Below are positions 26,289 to 39,259 of a DNA stretch of 64,000 bases, one piece after another. Positions within the stretch are counted from its first letter, which is position 1, and every line of letters begins with the position of its first letter. The DNA lies in NCBI GenBank assembly GCA_013239625.1, contig MU053606.1, positions 62,001 to 126,000 on the forward strand. Direction: 5' to 3'. Source of the DNA: Lama guanicoe. Its lineage: Eukaryota. The notes beneath the pieces were generated by a model. That model was given only the letters and a program-made list of their open reading frames with translations, had not been told where the DNA came from and searched no databases. A program made the position numbers and the translations under genes.

Positions 26289-27859
26289 ATGGGAAGCAGA
26301 AGCAAACAGGTGAGCATCACTGTCACCACATGATCACATGTTCTGTTAATAAAATGTGGTGCTAACACTTTGTGGTCATTTGTAAATAAGGGGGCCTCAC
26401 TTGCCAAAATGTATGGAGGTACCATATAATTTTTCATAATTCTCACCCAGGATTAATACTAACCCCTTGAGGGTCATTTGCAAAAGGGTCATTTGCAAAC
26501 GTGGGTGGAAAGGAACGCTTAGATGTTACAGTCCTGGGACCACCGTGGGTACCTGGTGAAAGCCTTGCAGATGCTTAATGTCCTAAAACCGGGCCAGTCT
26601 TCCACAGCAAAAAAAACTAGGCCACCCAAGTGCCCAAACTGCTGCAGTGGAGGGACACCTGATGGTCCAGCCCCCTCCTTGGACACCCAGAGGAACCTGG
26701 ACTCTGGCTGGTTAGGGGCAGGGTCAATTCTAAAACCCAGGCTTTTTTGTCCCCACAACTCAGTAGTTATTCGATGACAGCACATGGAATATAAACAACA
26801 AAGAAACTTGACATGATGTTATATATTTAGCTTACTCAAGAAGCAAAATTTAAATCCATTCATTCTCCTTCCCACCTGGCCTACTTTCCTTTCTCCTGTA
26901 CTAGAACCAGATTATTACCCACCCAGCCTTAACATGGGTCCTGACTCCACTTACCTCCCTCCCAAACACCACATGAGATGATTCCTCAGCCTGGATGTGG
27001 GACCAGCAATTACAACAGGCTTTAGTGGAAAAGTACTGGTTGTGTGCAGATGCCAACTAAACACTGTAGAATCCTGGTGTCCCACATTATTAATCATGAC
27101 AGCTGTTTGCCAGTGTCACCAAAGTTCATTTCAGACTCTCACTGCTAATTTTGCTGGGACATAAATATAAAACAGGTGGATTGCTGGGCTGGACTGCTAT
27201 GCTGGGTCTCTGATCCAGGAAGCTCAGCGTCTGCTCCCTGCCCCCAGCTCCCTGTTCTGTTCATGCATGTGCATCAAGCAGCTGTTTAATGTCCATTTTA
27301 ATATCTTAAACAATGCATTTCTGTATTGTCTTCATCCACAAATACGTGTACCACACAGTAGTAATGATCAATCTGTCTTTGTTTTCTTTGGTCTTAGAGA
27401 GTCAGATAAATGGATAGCAAAGATAACAAAGTCATAGAGCGCTATAATATACTATTTCCTTTATTTCAATGACAGGATTTATTTAAAGAGCTTAGATATA
27501 ACATCCTTGAATTTATGGCATCATTAAGCATCTGAAGCTGTTACATTTTAAAAACGTCATTTCATGCGAGATGTTATCAGTTAGAGAAGTGCTCCTGAAT
27601 TTGAGGGGTTGCTGTCATCTCAGACGGAGTCCCTAAAAAATGTCAACACTCTGCAGTATTGCCATCATGACAAGAACCCAGACAGCTGAAATTTGGAATG
27701 CCCTGTGGCTTCCTAGTGCACAGACAGAAAATGGTATTTCAGAGGGAAAAAGCCTGACTTACAGAAAATGATAAACGAAATGGTCTAACATGTATTTCCC
27801 TTACAAAGAACTAATACTTCTTTCATTGATAATAACATCTGTCAGTAATTATGAAAAGA

Positions 27860-28067
27860 GCTGACAGATGCATAGTACTTCCTATTAGCCAGGGCTATTC
27901 TAACATTCACACAGATTCATTAATTCCCATAGCAACTCTACGAGGTGGGTATTATTATTATCCCCATTTTATTGATGAGGAACTTGATAAACACAGTGGC
28001 TAAATGACTTTTACAAGGTCGACAACCAAACACCAGCACAGGTGTTCCAGCCTGAGTCTACGCTCTT
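27860..28067 (-). mobile_element. MIR
   Basis: MIR core tattattatccccattttattgatgaggaact. Confidence 0.75.
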
Positions 28068-28084
28068 GGCCTCTTCTCTCTCTC

Positions 28085-28246
28085 TTTTTTTTTTTTTTTG
28101 GTGGCGTGGAGATAATAAGGTAATTCTGGTGGGGGGTGGGGAGGTAATTAGTGTTATTTGTCTATTTTAGAGGAGGTGTTGGGGGCTGAACCCAGGACCT
28201 TATGCGTGCTAAGCATGCACTCCATCTCTTAAGCTGTACCCTCCCC
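28085..28246 (-). mobile_element. tRNA-derived SINE inserted into the MIR end, with TSD
   Basis: gaacccaggacct..gctaagcatgcactc..gctgtaccctcccc; TSD agtcta(c/t)gctctt at 28055-28067 and 28252-28264. Confidence 0.85.
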
Positions 28247-28529
28247 TCTCTAGTCTATGCTCTTAGCTGCTAATCCGCACCACCCCACATGGTAACTCTG
28301 GGGGAACTACAGTTCATTCATTCACTCACTTGTTAAACTCAGCCTTCCCGGTGCCTGGGATTCCGCAGTGAACAAGACAACATGGTTCCTGCCCTAAATG
28401 AGCTTGTCGCCTCCTGACATATTATCTTCATTTTACCCAGGAAGAAACAAGGCCAAGATGATTAGCCTTTTCCTGTTAACACTGGAGGATACATGATGTG
28501 CTTTATTTCATTTCTGCCATTTGACTTAC

Positions 28530-28644
28530 ACCATGGGGAGGGAAACTGCCTTGCAGATCCCAGAGCTCAAAAGCCTGTTAATCCCGAATTTTTTTTAACA
28601 TTGTCCCTTACTTGATACTTGATCTGAGAAAGGATGAAGTAAAC
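28530..28644 (-). pseudogene. ANO6: ANO6-like exon 6 (VYFILSQIKYQVRDNVKK/FGINRLLSSGICKA..FPPHG)
   Basis: ttttag acceptor and gtaagt donor; +2 expansion in an A-run and a 1-nt deletion. Confidence 0.92.
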
Positions 28645-28867
28645 CTAAAAAGATTCTAAGAGAGTGTGTGGTTTATTCAGGGTAACTAACCAGCCACTGT
28701 TTACTATCCTAACAGGACTCTGTAGGCATATTTCTTTTCTTTCTCTTTTCTCTTTTTATGGGCAGCTTTTAAAAACCAAACCAAACCAACCAAGCCAAAT
28801 CACTGATAATTCAACAGCAGGTTTTAAATCACCCCCAAGACAGCAGCTAAACTCAGTTTAGACTTAC

Positions 28868-29154
28868 AATGAAGCTTCTGGTGGCTGCATTGAAGACTGT
28901 ATCTCTATCCTGAATATAAAAGTCATTCACGCAGTTCTTCTCAAATAGGGCAATGAAAAACTCTTGCTCCGGCTTGATGATACTTTCATCCACTTGGAGG
29001 ACTTTCATAAAACAGCTGAAATTATCAAAGGCTGAGGACCGGGTTTTCAGATCATTGGGCTTCAGAGGCAATATCATGTGCAGTATCTCAGCGTATGTAC
29101 AGAGCACCTCCCACAGGGTGTGTACCTTTCAAATACAAGCTTGTCATCCAAAAC
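28868..29154 (-). pseudogene. ANO6: ANO6-like exon 5 (VLDDKLVF..WEVLCTYAEILHMILPLKPNDLKTRSSAF...ATRSFI)
   Basis: ORF 28853-29107 is ANO6-like; tag acceptor and gtaagt donor; 1-nt deletion near the 5' end. Confidence 0.95.
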
Positions 29155-30034
29155 CTATATTGGGAGAATGAAAACACAAACCAGGAAACTAACTATTTTC
29201 ACATTTTTAGTACACAGGTTTTTCTGATGTTGCTGGTAGTTAAAGCATTTGTGCAAACACACACACATATGACACTGGTAAAAGTGAAGATATAATAAAA
29301 ATAGATTGCAAACCATCATACATTTTTGCCTTAAAGATAATTTCTTTGTTGAAATTACTGAAAAGTTATTTAAAATCCTTAGAGTTCATTCATAAAATAA
29401 CCATTGTTTTACATGAAGAAAAGCAAACTTGTTAATTATTTAGTCCAAATTAGTAACTAAAAATAGAAACATCATAATATTCTTTGCAGTGGTATTGTAA
29501 TGACAAATTTTTAATTTTCTGAAATCTAGGACTATTTATATATCTGTTCAATATAGTGTTAAACAGCCATTAAAAGGGATTTAAAAGAATTTTATTTATT
29601 GATATGGAATATGTAATAAAAGGAAAAAGCAAAAAAATGTGAAATAATAATTTTCCTTTCTGGAAGGGAAAAAATCTACATTTGAACAAAAAAAATGTTT
29701 AGAAGGATTTTAAGTTTCTTTATGTATAATTAAGGTACAGATGATTTTTAATTCCACCGTTTCTTTCATTTTCAAATTTGGGAGGTAAATTTTTATAAAA
29801 AAATTATTTAAAAAGGTTCTTACATTAATACATTAATAGATATATTTATGACTACATTCTCTGGCTATTAAAAAAGATCTCATAGCTTTGGATCTGAAAC
29901 ATACATTCCATAATGCAGATCCTGACTGACTCGCCTCCCAGCCCACAGTGAAGGTACAACTAGGGTGACATGTTTCAAATACCATTCCAGGTAACATGCA
30001 GGCTCCCAGCCAATGGCTGCAAAGGGACTGACAC

Positions 30035-30099
30035 TGATCAGGTTGCTCCCAGCTGCAGACCATCACAGATGAGGTTAGATTCATAGGCTCATGTTTTCT
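30035..30099 (-). pseudogene. ANO6: ANO6-like exon 4 (RK..AYESNLICDGLQLGAT*S)
   Basis: cag acceptor, gt donor; matches ANO6 RKRQAYESNLICHGLQLEATRS; 1-nt deletion and TGA stop. Confidence 0.85.
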
Positions 30100-30827
30100 C
30101 TGTCAAAAGAAATCAGAAAATATTAGGCTTTAACTTTCACCAAGGGAACAAGAAGTTGTTTGATTTTTTTATGCAAAAAAATAACAACAAGCCAATTTGA
30201 ACCTGACGAAAAGACATTTGCTCAAAATAGCACAGTAGCAATGAAGGTGCTCTGGTGGCAGGGACTTGGCTTCCTGTGAGTGCTGGCCTCCTCACATGGA
30301 ATTCCCTTGGTACTCCAGAAGGCCTGTGTTTGTCCCCATGGGTTTGTGACCATATGTGGTGCACAAAAGTCTCTGGGTTTGCCAGAATTTCAAAGCCTTT
30401 TTTGGCTTATGAAAGGCTTTGCACTCAAATGGAGTTTTTTTCAGTCCACTCACTGATGTCATTCATAAGAGTTATAGTCCAGATCTGAATTCTAGACTCT
30501 TGAAATCTTGCAGACATTCAAATGGTTCAGGTTTGGATGTGTATTCACCTCTGCAGGCCTGGGCCAAATTCAATAAAGCCACCCGGACAAGTTCAGCAAA
30601 ATGCAAAGACATTTTTCTCTCTGCAAGACTGAAATGTCTGTGAAGCTATAAAAACTTCTGCATCTGCAAATATAGGGAACCAAGTCATCAATAACATATC
30701 TATCCATAATGCATGTCCATTTAAAAAAAATACTGTATTTGCTGCTATTAAATTCTATCTGGCTTTTGCCGTATTGTGTCCTAAACTGTAAGGAAAGTAT
30801 ATAAATGTGCTGAACTTTTGACCTTTT

Positions 30828-31590
30828 GAGAGAAAAAGGAACCCTCCTACTCGGTTGGTGGAAACGTAATTTGGTGCAGCCACTATGGAGGACAGTATAG
30901 AGGTTCCTTAAAAAACTAAAAATAGACTTCCGTGTGATCCAGCAATCCCATTCATGTGTATATGTCTGGAGAAAAATATAATTCAAAAAGACACATGCAC
31001 CCCAATGTTCACAGCAGCACTATTTACAATAGCCAAGACACTGAAACAACCCAAATGTTCACTGACAGGTGACTGGATAAAGAAGGTGTGGTATATTATA
31101 CATATATATACACACACATATATACCATGAACACACACACACAATGGAATACTGCTCAGCCATAAAACATAAAATAATGCCATTTGCAATAACATGGATG
31201 GACCTATAGGATATTATGCTGAGTGAAATAAGCCAGAGAAAGAAAAACAAATATTCTATGTATTAACTTATATGTATATCTAAAATATAAAACAAATTAA
31301 TGACTATAATAAAACAGAAATAGACTCACAGGTACACAGAACAAACTGGTGGTTATAAATGGGGAGAAGGAGGAGAGGGGAGGCAGGAAGGGGGTAGGGG
31401 ATTGAGAGGTAAAAAGTACTACATATAAAATGGATAGGTTACAGGGCTGCATCATACAGCACAGGGAAATATAGCCATTATTTTATGGTGACTTTAAATG
31501 GAATATAATCTATAAAAATGTTGAGCCTCTGTGTTGTACACCTCAAACTAATATGATGTAAATCAACTACTCAATTACAAAATTTTTAAT
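30828..31590 (+). mobile_element. LINE-1 3' end fragment
   Basis: ORF2 C-terminal text (gatccagcaatccca, aatgttcacagcagcactatttacaatagccaag) plus 3' UTR ending gtaaatcaactactcaatt. Confidence 0.88.
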
Positions 31591-31630
31591 CAAAGTTTTC
31601 TTTTCATATTATTTGCAATAAGTTAGAAGC

Positions 31631-31918
31631 CAGCACTGTCAATAGAAACATAGTGCAAGTCACAATTTTCCAGTAATCCGATTTAGACAATAAAAAGGAA
31701 CAAGTGTACTTAATTCCAGTAATAATTATATTTATCCCAAAAAATCCAATATACTATCATTTCAAGAGTGTGATTAACACTTTTAAAACTTATTAATAAA
31801 TATTTCACATTATTTTTGTTGTACAAAGTCTTGAAAATCTATTATGTATTTTCCACTTATAGAACATCTCAATTCACAATAGCCACATGTGGCTCGTGGC
31901 TACCATACTAGACAGACC
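31631..31918. mobile_element. MER33-like hAT-Charlie DNA transposon fossil
   Basis: cagcactgtcaatagaaac at the start and atagccacatgtggctcgtggctaccatactagacag at the end. Confidence 0.75.
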
Positions 31919-32279
31919 AGATTACACCATTCACACTTCTGATAAATTAGCTGCTCTTACTTATTTAAAAAACTTGCAGAAAAGGGTTTAGATATTCCCT
32001 CTATCAAACAAAGCAACCTTGACAGGTGGGGATTATTTTCATTATAAAGTGAAAAATAAAGGTAAGAGAGCCATGCTTACATGTATGTTAAGGTAACAAT
32101 ACCTTCTTAATTCATTCAGGACTTTACAATCTTTCTTCATATGCCAAGGATTCACTGTCACTGCGCAATGTTTTTCACTATTATCATCTTTGTGATTGAG
32201 AGGCTTCTGATGACCCTGCTTTGTGCTTCTGTACATAAAGTAACAAAACAGAGAAAAAGACCTTATTAAAGATAATTTA

Positions 32280-32437
32280 GGGGGGAGGGTATAGCTCAAG
32301 TGAAAGATCATATTCTTAGCATGCACAAGGGCCTGGGTTCAATCCCCAGTACTTCTTCTAAAAATAAAATAAATAAATAAAAACCTAATTACCAGCCCCC
32401 TGCAAAATTAATTAATTACTTTAATAAAAATTTTAAA
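32280..32437 (+). mobile_element. tRNA-derived SINE with TSD
   Basis: ggggagggtatagctcaagtg...cctgggttcaatccccagtac; TSD aaagataattt at 32268-32278 and 32438-32448. Confidence 0.9.
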
Positions 32438-32821
32438 AAAGATAATTTTGTGCAGGCTTATTAGGCTACAAGAGCTACAATGAATGCCCCTCCCCCCATT
32501 AATTTAGAAGGTCTCACAGTATTTCCCAGCATAAAGACTAAAATATAATTCAGAACACTTTCTTATGGTCACCATGATTTTAACAAAAAAGTAGATAATT
32601 ACCTCCCTAGTGTCAAAGCTCTGTCAGAGATGTGCACAGAAAATTTAGTAAAATTGATTTTGCAACTACCTTTGAAAAAATCTTTTCTGTTGGAAATTAG
32701 TCTGCTTTTACATTCTGCAGTAGGCATACGTGTTTACAGACCAGGCAGGATCTGGATCATATTTTACACATACTTTAGAAACTGATTTGAATTTTGCTGT
32801 CTACCTGCAAGGCTATTGTTT

Positions 32822-33020
32822 AGGTAATAACATAAGCTGGCCACTGTACTAAATTTTGTTTCCCTGTTTGCTTAATCCTCACAAAAACTCTGTAAGCTGC
32901 TATTATTACCCCCATATAACAGATAAAGAGCTTGAGGCAGAAAATAATTTGGGTAACTTGGTAAATGGTGGAGCTGGGTAAGACTGCAGGCAGTCTGACA
33001 CTCAAGTCCATTCTTCTCAC
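32822..33020 (-). mobile_element. MIR
   Basis: ttaatcctcacaaaaactctgtaag..ctattattacccccatataacagataaag. Confidence 0.7.
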
Positions 33021-33534
33021 CGATGTCTGATACTACTACCTACATTCATCAATGACCATTGATTTCATATTTAAGTGCAATTTCTAAAAGTGCAATGCTA
33101 TATTAGTACTGCTGTGTAAATAATTCTTTTGAGATGTGATTGCCAAAACAACAAAAACAAATAAAATCAGGTTGCCACCGAGGGGAAGCCGAACTACATA
33201 TGGACGGAAATAAGGGGACTTTTTGAGGACACAGTTGCACAACTGTAGAAATAGCTAAAATGGCTGACTTGTACAATTATAATGTGTGAATTTTATGGCC
33301 TGTAAATTACACCTTAATACAGCTATTAAGAAACTGAGATACCAAATTAAGACTAAAACACATATATATATCACACAAAGAACAACAGGCAAATATCATT
33401 ATTTACTGAACCATTTTCCTTCATGCAGCTTCCTTTCNNNNNNNNNNNNNNNNNNNNNNNNNNNNNNNNNNNNNNNNNNNNNNNNNNNNNNNNNNNNNNN
33501 NNNNNNGTTCCGGATGAATCATTTTTAAAATAGT

Positions 33535-34520
33535 CTTTTAATCTATTCAGCAAATAAATTTTGACTTCCTACTATGTACCCAGGACTAGTCTAGGCACTT
33601 GGAATAGATCAATAAACAAAACAAAAGTCCTGTGCTCACGGAGCTTGGTTGGAGTCTAACTGGGGTGGGGGGTGGAGATGACAATTCACACAGCAGAGAA
33701 GCAGAGGAGGTGGCATGTTAAGAAAGAGGAACCATGGAAAAAATAAAAAGGGCAAGGTAAAGACTGTTGAGGGTATGGGATGAGGGTGATGTTGTATTAA
33801 ATACCAGAGCAGGCCACACTGAGGACTGAGGTTAGAACTAGGACTAGAAGGTGAGAAGTCCCAGGTGGACGGAATAACCATCACCAAGGCCAGTGCACGC
33901 CTCGCATGTTCCAGAATGGGGGTACAGCTGGAGCTGCGGAGAAGGGTCAGTGCAGATCCTGTACGGCCTTGGAGGACGTTGTAAGGACTGTGGCTTTTAC
34001 CTGGAGTGAAATGAGGAGGCACTGCAGAAGGATGACACAATCTAATTAAGGTTTTCAAGGCTCACTTGACTGCCGGGTGAGAATAGTCGAAACGGGTCAG
34101 AGATGAAAGGAGGGAAGCCACTGAGAAGGGCTGTGCAGGAGGAGAGGAGAGTGGCTCAGGGCAGGGAAGCAGCAGTGGAGGCAGGAGCCATGGTGAGAAG
34201 TGGCTGGGCTCTGGATATGTTTTAAAGGCAGTGTTAAATCAGATCTATTGACAGAATTCATGTGGTATGTCAGTGAAAGTCAGAATAACTCCAAGTTTTT
34301 TGACCCTAGCAGCTGGAAGGATTAAGTTTCCACTAGCTGAATGGAGGAGGCTGCAGAAAGAATAAGTTTGGGGGGTAGGAGGACCAAGAGCTCAGTTTTT
34401 ACACATGTAGGTTTTACGAGTTCCAAGTGAAGATGTCAAATCAGCAGAAGATTGTAACAATCCAGAGTTGGAGAAAAAAAGTCTAGTGGGAGACAGAAAT
34501 GTGGGAATTATGGGTCACAC
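33535..34520 (-). mobile_element. LINE-2 3' fragment
   Basis: attcagcaaataaatt..cctactatgtacc; aaggactgtggcttttacctggagtgaaatg; ataactccaagttttttgacc. Confidence 0.75.
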
Positions 34521-34757
34521 AGGTGTTACAGGAAGACATGAAACCCAGGTACTCAAACATTAAGATAACCTGGCATTAAACATAGAAGTTGTCCTTGAGG
34601 GCCTGCCTACTAGTTGTGGATATCAGTCTTATTTCCCAACCACTCGAGTTTTAAAAAGGAACTTACAAATGGATTCGTGCAAGACACTGCCTCCAGTGGG
34701 TGGGATCAGAGCTGGAGTGGGAGAATGGGATGGTGCAAGCTACTCCCTACAGCAGAA

Positions 34758-34793
34758 TGTGTGTGTGTGTGTGTGTATGCGTGTGTGTGTGTG
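34758..34793. repeat. (GT)n microsatellite
   Basis: Interrupted tg repeat read directly. Confidence 0.9.
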
Positions 34794-37700
34794 AGCAAGG
34801 GGACGAGTTACACTTGGCTTAAGAAAAAGAGCTAGTAAGTCTAGAAGCCGAAAGATGAAAGAACATCCAGATCTGGTAGAGGGAACAGTGGAAACACTGT
34901 GTACTGTAAGACATATCCCCATAATTCCATTTCCCACCATCCTTTCATCAGAAATACAGTTGGAAAGGGGGGAATTATGTAGATACGTGCAATGTACACA
35001 AACTTTCTGACTATGTAACACTGAATATCTACATAAGTAGCAAGTTAATGACATTTATATCTGCTTCAAGTTTAATAACAAGTTCACAACAGAGGGAAAA
35101 TAAAATATTGAGGACTGGTAGAAGTAACACAGAAGGCCTTTCAATGCTCAGAATGGAAGCAAAAACAGCTTCACCTCACAAAGAATGTCATCAAGAGTCA
35201 AGAATGTTTATATTTGCTTAAGATATTGAGAGTTACAACTTCCTGCTTTAAAGAAATAACTTTAAGACAGATACCATACTATAAGTAATGTCTATACTGG
35301 TGCTTTCTTAAAGCTATTTTTAGTTCCTACTTCTTCTGATGTACTCCAGAAACTCTGCAAAGAAAGCATTCTATTCAAATGCTTAAAGGAATAAAAAAAG
35401 AAATAACACTGCATTCTTTTAAGTGTTCTCTGTACTGAAAGTCACTTACAAATGCAGCACCCTGCCACAGGTCTACATTTTTAACAATAAAGTCCTTTGC
35501 ACAATTTTTCATTTGCAATGTGACTTTGTGTCAATCTCTCATTCAGAAGCAGAATGGAGTACCAGAAAATGACACATCATGTCTAAAACTACAGATGTGG
35601 GAGATGAACGTACACCAGGAAACAGCTAAGTGGAAGGGTAAGGTTTACCTTTTAAGTCACTGTAAGTGCAGTTACACCTTCTCCCTGCTTCCCCTGTGAA
35701 GTGAAGAACTAGTCTTTCCAGAAAAGCTCTCATTCTGAGAACTGTCTTCTTTAAAATATTTGGAGATTCTTTTTTAAGGTTCTTTCACATTCAAGTGTTT
35801 CCCCAACTCTACATCTCATAACAAGTGTTAAAATTATCCAATAGCCTATTTCTACAGAATATACTCTACAAAAGCTGAGGTTTCCCAGGGTTTGGATCCC
35901 AGAACTCTACTACCAGATAATCCTAAAGCCTTCCTTCCATCACTGACTCTTCTGCCAATTCCCAGCTGTGGGCAAATTCGGCTTCTCAGACCAGGTAACT
36001 TTCTAACTCTGTCTACGAACACTCTGCTGCCAGTAAAGGAACTCTCAGGACGCAAACATAGCCCCTAGTGAGGGTCGCCTCCTTCAAGCAATCAAGATGC
36101 CATCACTAAGCAAATATTTAAACCTACTGCAAAACTTCTGAAGACATCTTACAAACAATATAGTTTGTATAGATGCCTACTATTTGCTCTGGAAAAGTGA
36201 TTTCCAATGGAGGGAACAAAGGACCACATGACCCAAGCAATTTTTTAAAACTGCACACAACCGTCCCTCTTCATGTGAGGATTCAGGCAAGCCTGTCTTA
36301 CAGGTCTAGGTGTAACAGAATGACAGCACCACTAGGAGTAGGGTGAAAAGCAGTGAGGAAGACTTTTAGTGATAGGGGGTGATATAACAGGCCCCATCGC
36401 CCACTTACCTCCCACCACAAGACAATCATCTCAGATCGAGAACAAACACTTTGGGAAACAGAAGTTGTTTATGTTTTTATGGTTTTCTGGTGGAAATAAT
36501 GCCCTGAGTCATGTGAAGTTGTGGCTGCAAAATTGAACAGGGGACCAGATATTTTCACATTCAGGACACAAATAGCCCCTGGGTGGCCACCATATATGCT
36601 TTCCCCTTTGCCTGTTCACCCCAAAAGCTGCAGGAATCTCCTGCTTGCAATGACACCCACCACTTCTCACAAATTCCTGCCAAGTTCACGTCAGCAGCTG
36701 GTGGTGTCAAAGTCACCATTTGTACTGCTATGAAGTTCCTCCATTACTTTATATCCCTTCTATTTTCTCTGTTGTCTTCCTAGCTACACTTGCATTCCAG
36801 AAGCTGGTTACCGCACTAACATTGCCTCTGTAATCAGTCCAGGATATAGGAAGTAGAGATTCAACTGTAACCAGTTCCAGAATATTTGTCATGCCACTCT
36901 AGTTTCCCAACAAAATACTCTGGCATCCCTCATCTCATCCAAAGAACCACTGCATTACTTAGAAGTTGTAAAAGAAGAGGGCTTTCTCTACTGGAAAACA
37001 CTGTGACTTCTGGTAGAGTTGTGATTTCAGATTTTGCAACTAGTTACAGGCAAAAAACATGTTCCACAAATTTTTTTCAAGCGTTTGGAATTTAAACTTT
37101 TATTAGATACAGAGCTGGTGGACTAACTGTAATCTATGAACACATGGTCATATTACCAAATAATGTTCATGTCTGCCTTACAGACATGTAAGAACTTGAA
37201 TTACACCTGCATCCTGTAGGCCTTTAGAATTGGATGTGAAGCATCCTGTGAGATAAAAAAAAAAAACCTCGTATCCAGCCATAGAACACCTTACAGACAA
37301 CATCACATTAATGCCAATGAATACATTAGTATAGTCCGTGTATGGTTAAGTTACATCTCCAATTTCTCAGGGATGGAAAGGAGATGTCTAGAAAAGCTGG
37401 AAAAGCCCAATTACCAAAATAGCTCAAAAGTTAAAGCAGACTTCTGCACCTCCCAGAGTGGAGGGTGGAGGGGGCATTGCCCACCACCCTGTCCTCCCCC
37501 AGGATGTGGCATGTGGGGAAACAGGCAGGAGTGGGTGGCTGGGACTCGGAGGTGGAGAGGTGATGAAAGCAAGAGTGGAACTGCTCTGGTCCTAGAACAA
37601 CAGTGCTGTTAAAAGCTCAGCTTCAGTTCAACCTGCTCCCTCTCCCACTTTCCCTCCCACCTATGTGACAAACAGAGCACAGTCAGGCACTTTCTGCCCA

Positions 37701-39259
37701 TGACGGTGACTACTAGCAGGAAAGGGACCAGGATAAAAGCATGTCCTATAAAAGATCAGTCTCATTTTAAAGACTATGTTATAAACAATGAACAGCACTG
37801 TCAGAGTGGGACACCTGTGAGGCGCTCAAATAGGGAGGAGGAGGTTGAGGATCCATTTCCAGCACTTCCATGTCTTTTATCACTCCTATTTCTGACCTTT
37901 CCTTTGCCACTATTTGTAGGACTGCCATCACTGGCAGGTAAAGGGGCAGCAACGTGACCTGGCTGCTTGGCTGATGGGGCTGTATTTCCCAGCACTGGAA
38001 TGAAAGGGCACTGGAAGAGAAGCAGCTGGAAGATGTGAACCGTGGTCCTGGCCTGTGCCCAACACTAACCAGGTGACCCTGGGTTAGGCTGTTAGTCTCT
38101 CTAGGTTTCCGGCTGTTTACTTATAAAAGAAGGTTTTGTCATTCCACAAATATATCCAATATGAAATGTAACGTGAAAGTCAAACATAATGACAACTCAC
38201 CTGCTTGCCTCAGGGAACTGTACAAGCACTGAACACTATGTGAATGTAAACACAGAGTTAAGAAAACTGTTGAGGTAAAGCACTAAACTGAACATGGAGA
38301 TAAAGTTCTATGGATTTTCTTGGCTTTCTTTTTTAATTGCAACACTGAATTAATAGTTATTAGCTATACTCCACACCACCACCCCTGTGAATAAATAAAG
38401 TAGGTAAGCACTGCCTTGATGCCTGCTATTGCCCAATGCTAAGCAGGGTGAGGGGTATAAAGGAGGCTGAGAAAGGGACTCTTCTCCAGTTATGAGCTAA
38501 GTGAGGAGGCACATTGGAAAGCACACGGGAATGGTACCAAGTCAGTACTCAAAGCCAAGATTACAGGCTATCAATCATAAACAGTGCAGGAATACAAAGA
38601 GGAGCTAGGAGTATTTGGAGTAAATAGGGAAGACTCTATGAAGGGGATTGGGCTCCAACTAGTTCTCAGGGCAATTCTAAGCTGTTTTAACTGAGGACTG
38701 GATAGGAAAAGGCTGGTGACTCCTGGTTTTAAATAAGACACAGGTTACCTTAGGAGGCTAAGTCACATGATTGGAACACATAAGGTAAAGCCAAAATGAT
38801 GGAGGGTTGAGACTAATTGGCTGAGATCTGGTTGTGGTAAGTCTTTGACTTGACTCTAGATGTTGGAGGGTCAAAACTGTAGGTTGACTGAAAGGGGCAG
38901 GAGAGAATATCCAAGAATTCAACAGAAGGAAAAATTCATGTATCAGGGATGAAAGCTCTTCATCAGAGTATCAGCAATCAGAATAGACACTTGAAACCAA
39001 AAACATACAGTTCCAGAAGCTGACAAAATGTGGAGGGTGGCGAGAGAAAGATAAATCAAAGACCATTCCAAGCCTTTGGGTATTCAAGTCCGGAAGAATG
39101 ATTATACCACTGAATAAGTGGAGACGCTGCAAGAAAAAAGATTATGAAATCAGCTTTAGACATGTGAATCTGACATATGAGCTAAGTAGGTGTTCTCTAA
39201 GAAGCTCAAAATTCAAAACTGAAGCACAGATCAAGAGTACAGGCTTAAGATACAGATGG

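Larger units (their letters stand above)
21087..30099 (-). pseudogene. ANO6: Unprocessed partial anoctamin-6 (TMEM16F) pseudogene, exons equivalent to human exons 4-8
   Basis: Five minus-strand exons in ANO6 order with near-canonical sizes (65, 287, 115, 115, 135 nt; recalled human 66, 288, 114, 116, 135); translations match ANO6; each has a stop or frameshift. Confidence 0.92.

Noticed and set aside
26470..26499. 15-bp tandem duplication agggtcatttgcaaa with octamer-like motif
   Set aside because: Ordinary micro-duplication in a pseudogene intron; not the canonical ATTTGCAT
32280..32360. tRNA-like sequence with A and B boxes
   Set aside because: It is the head of a SINE with A-rich tail and TSD, not a tRNA gene
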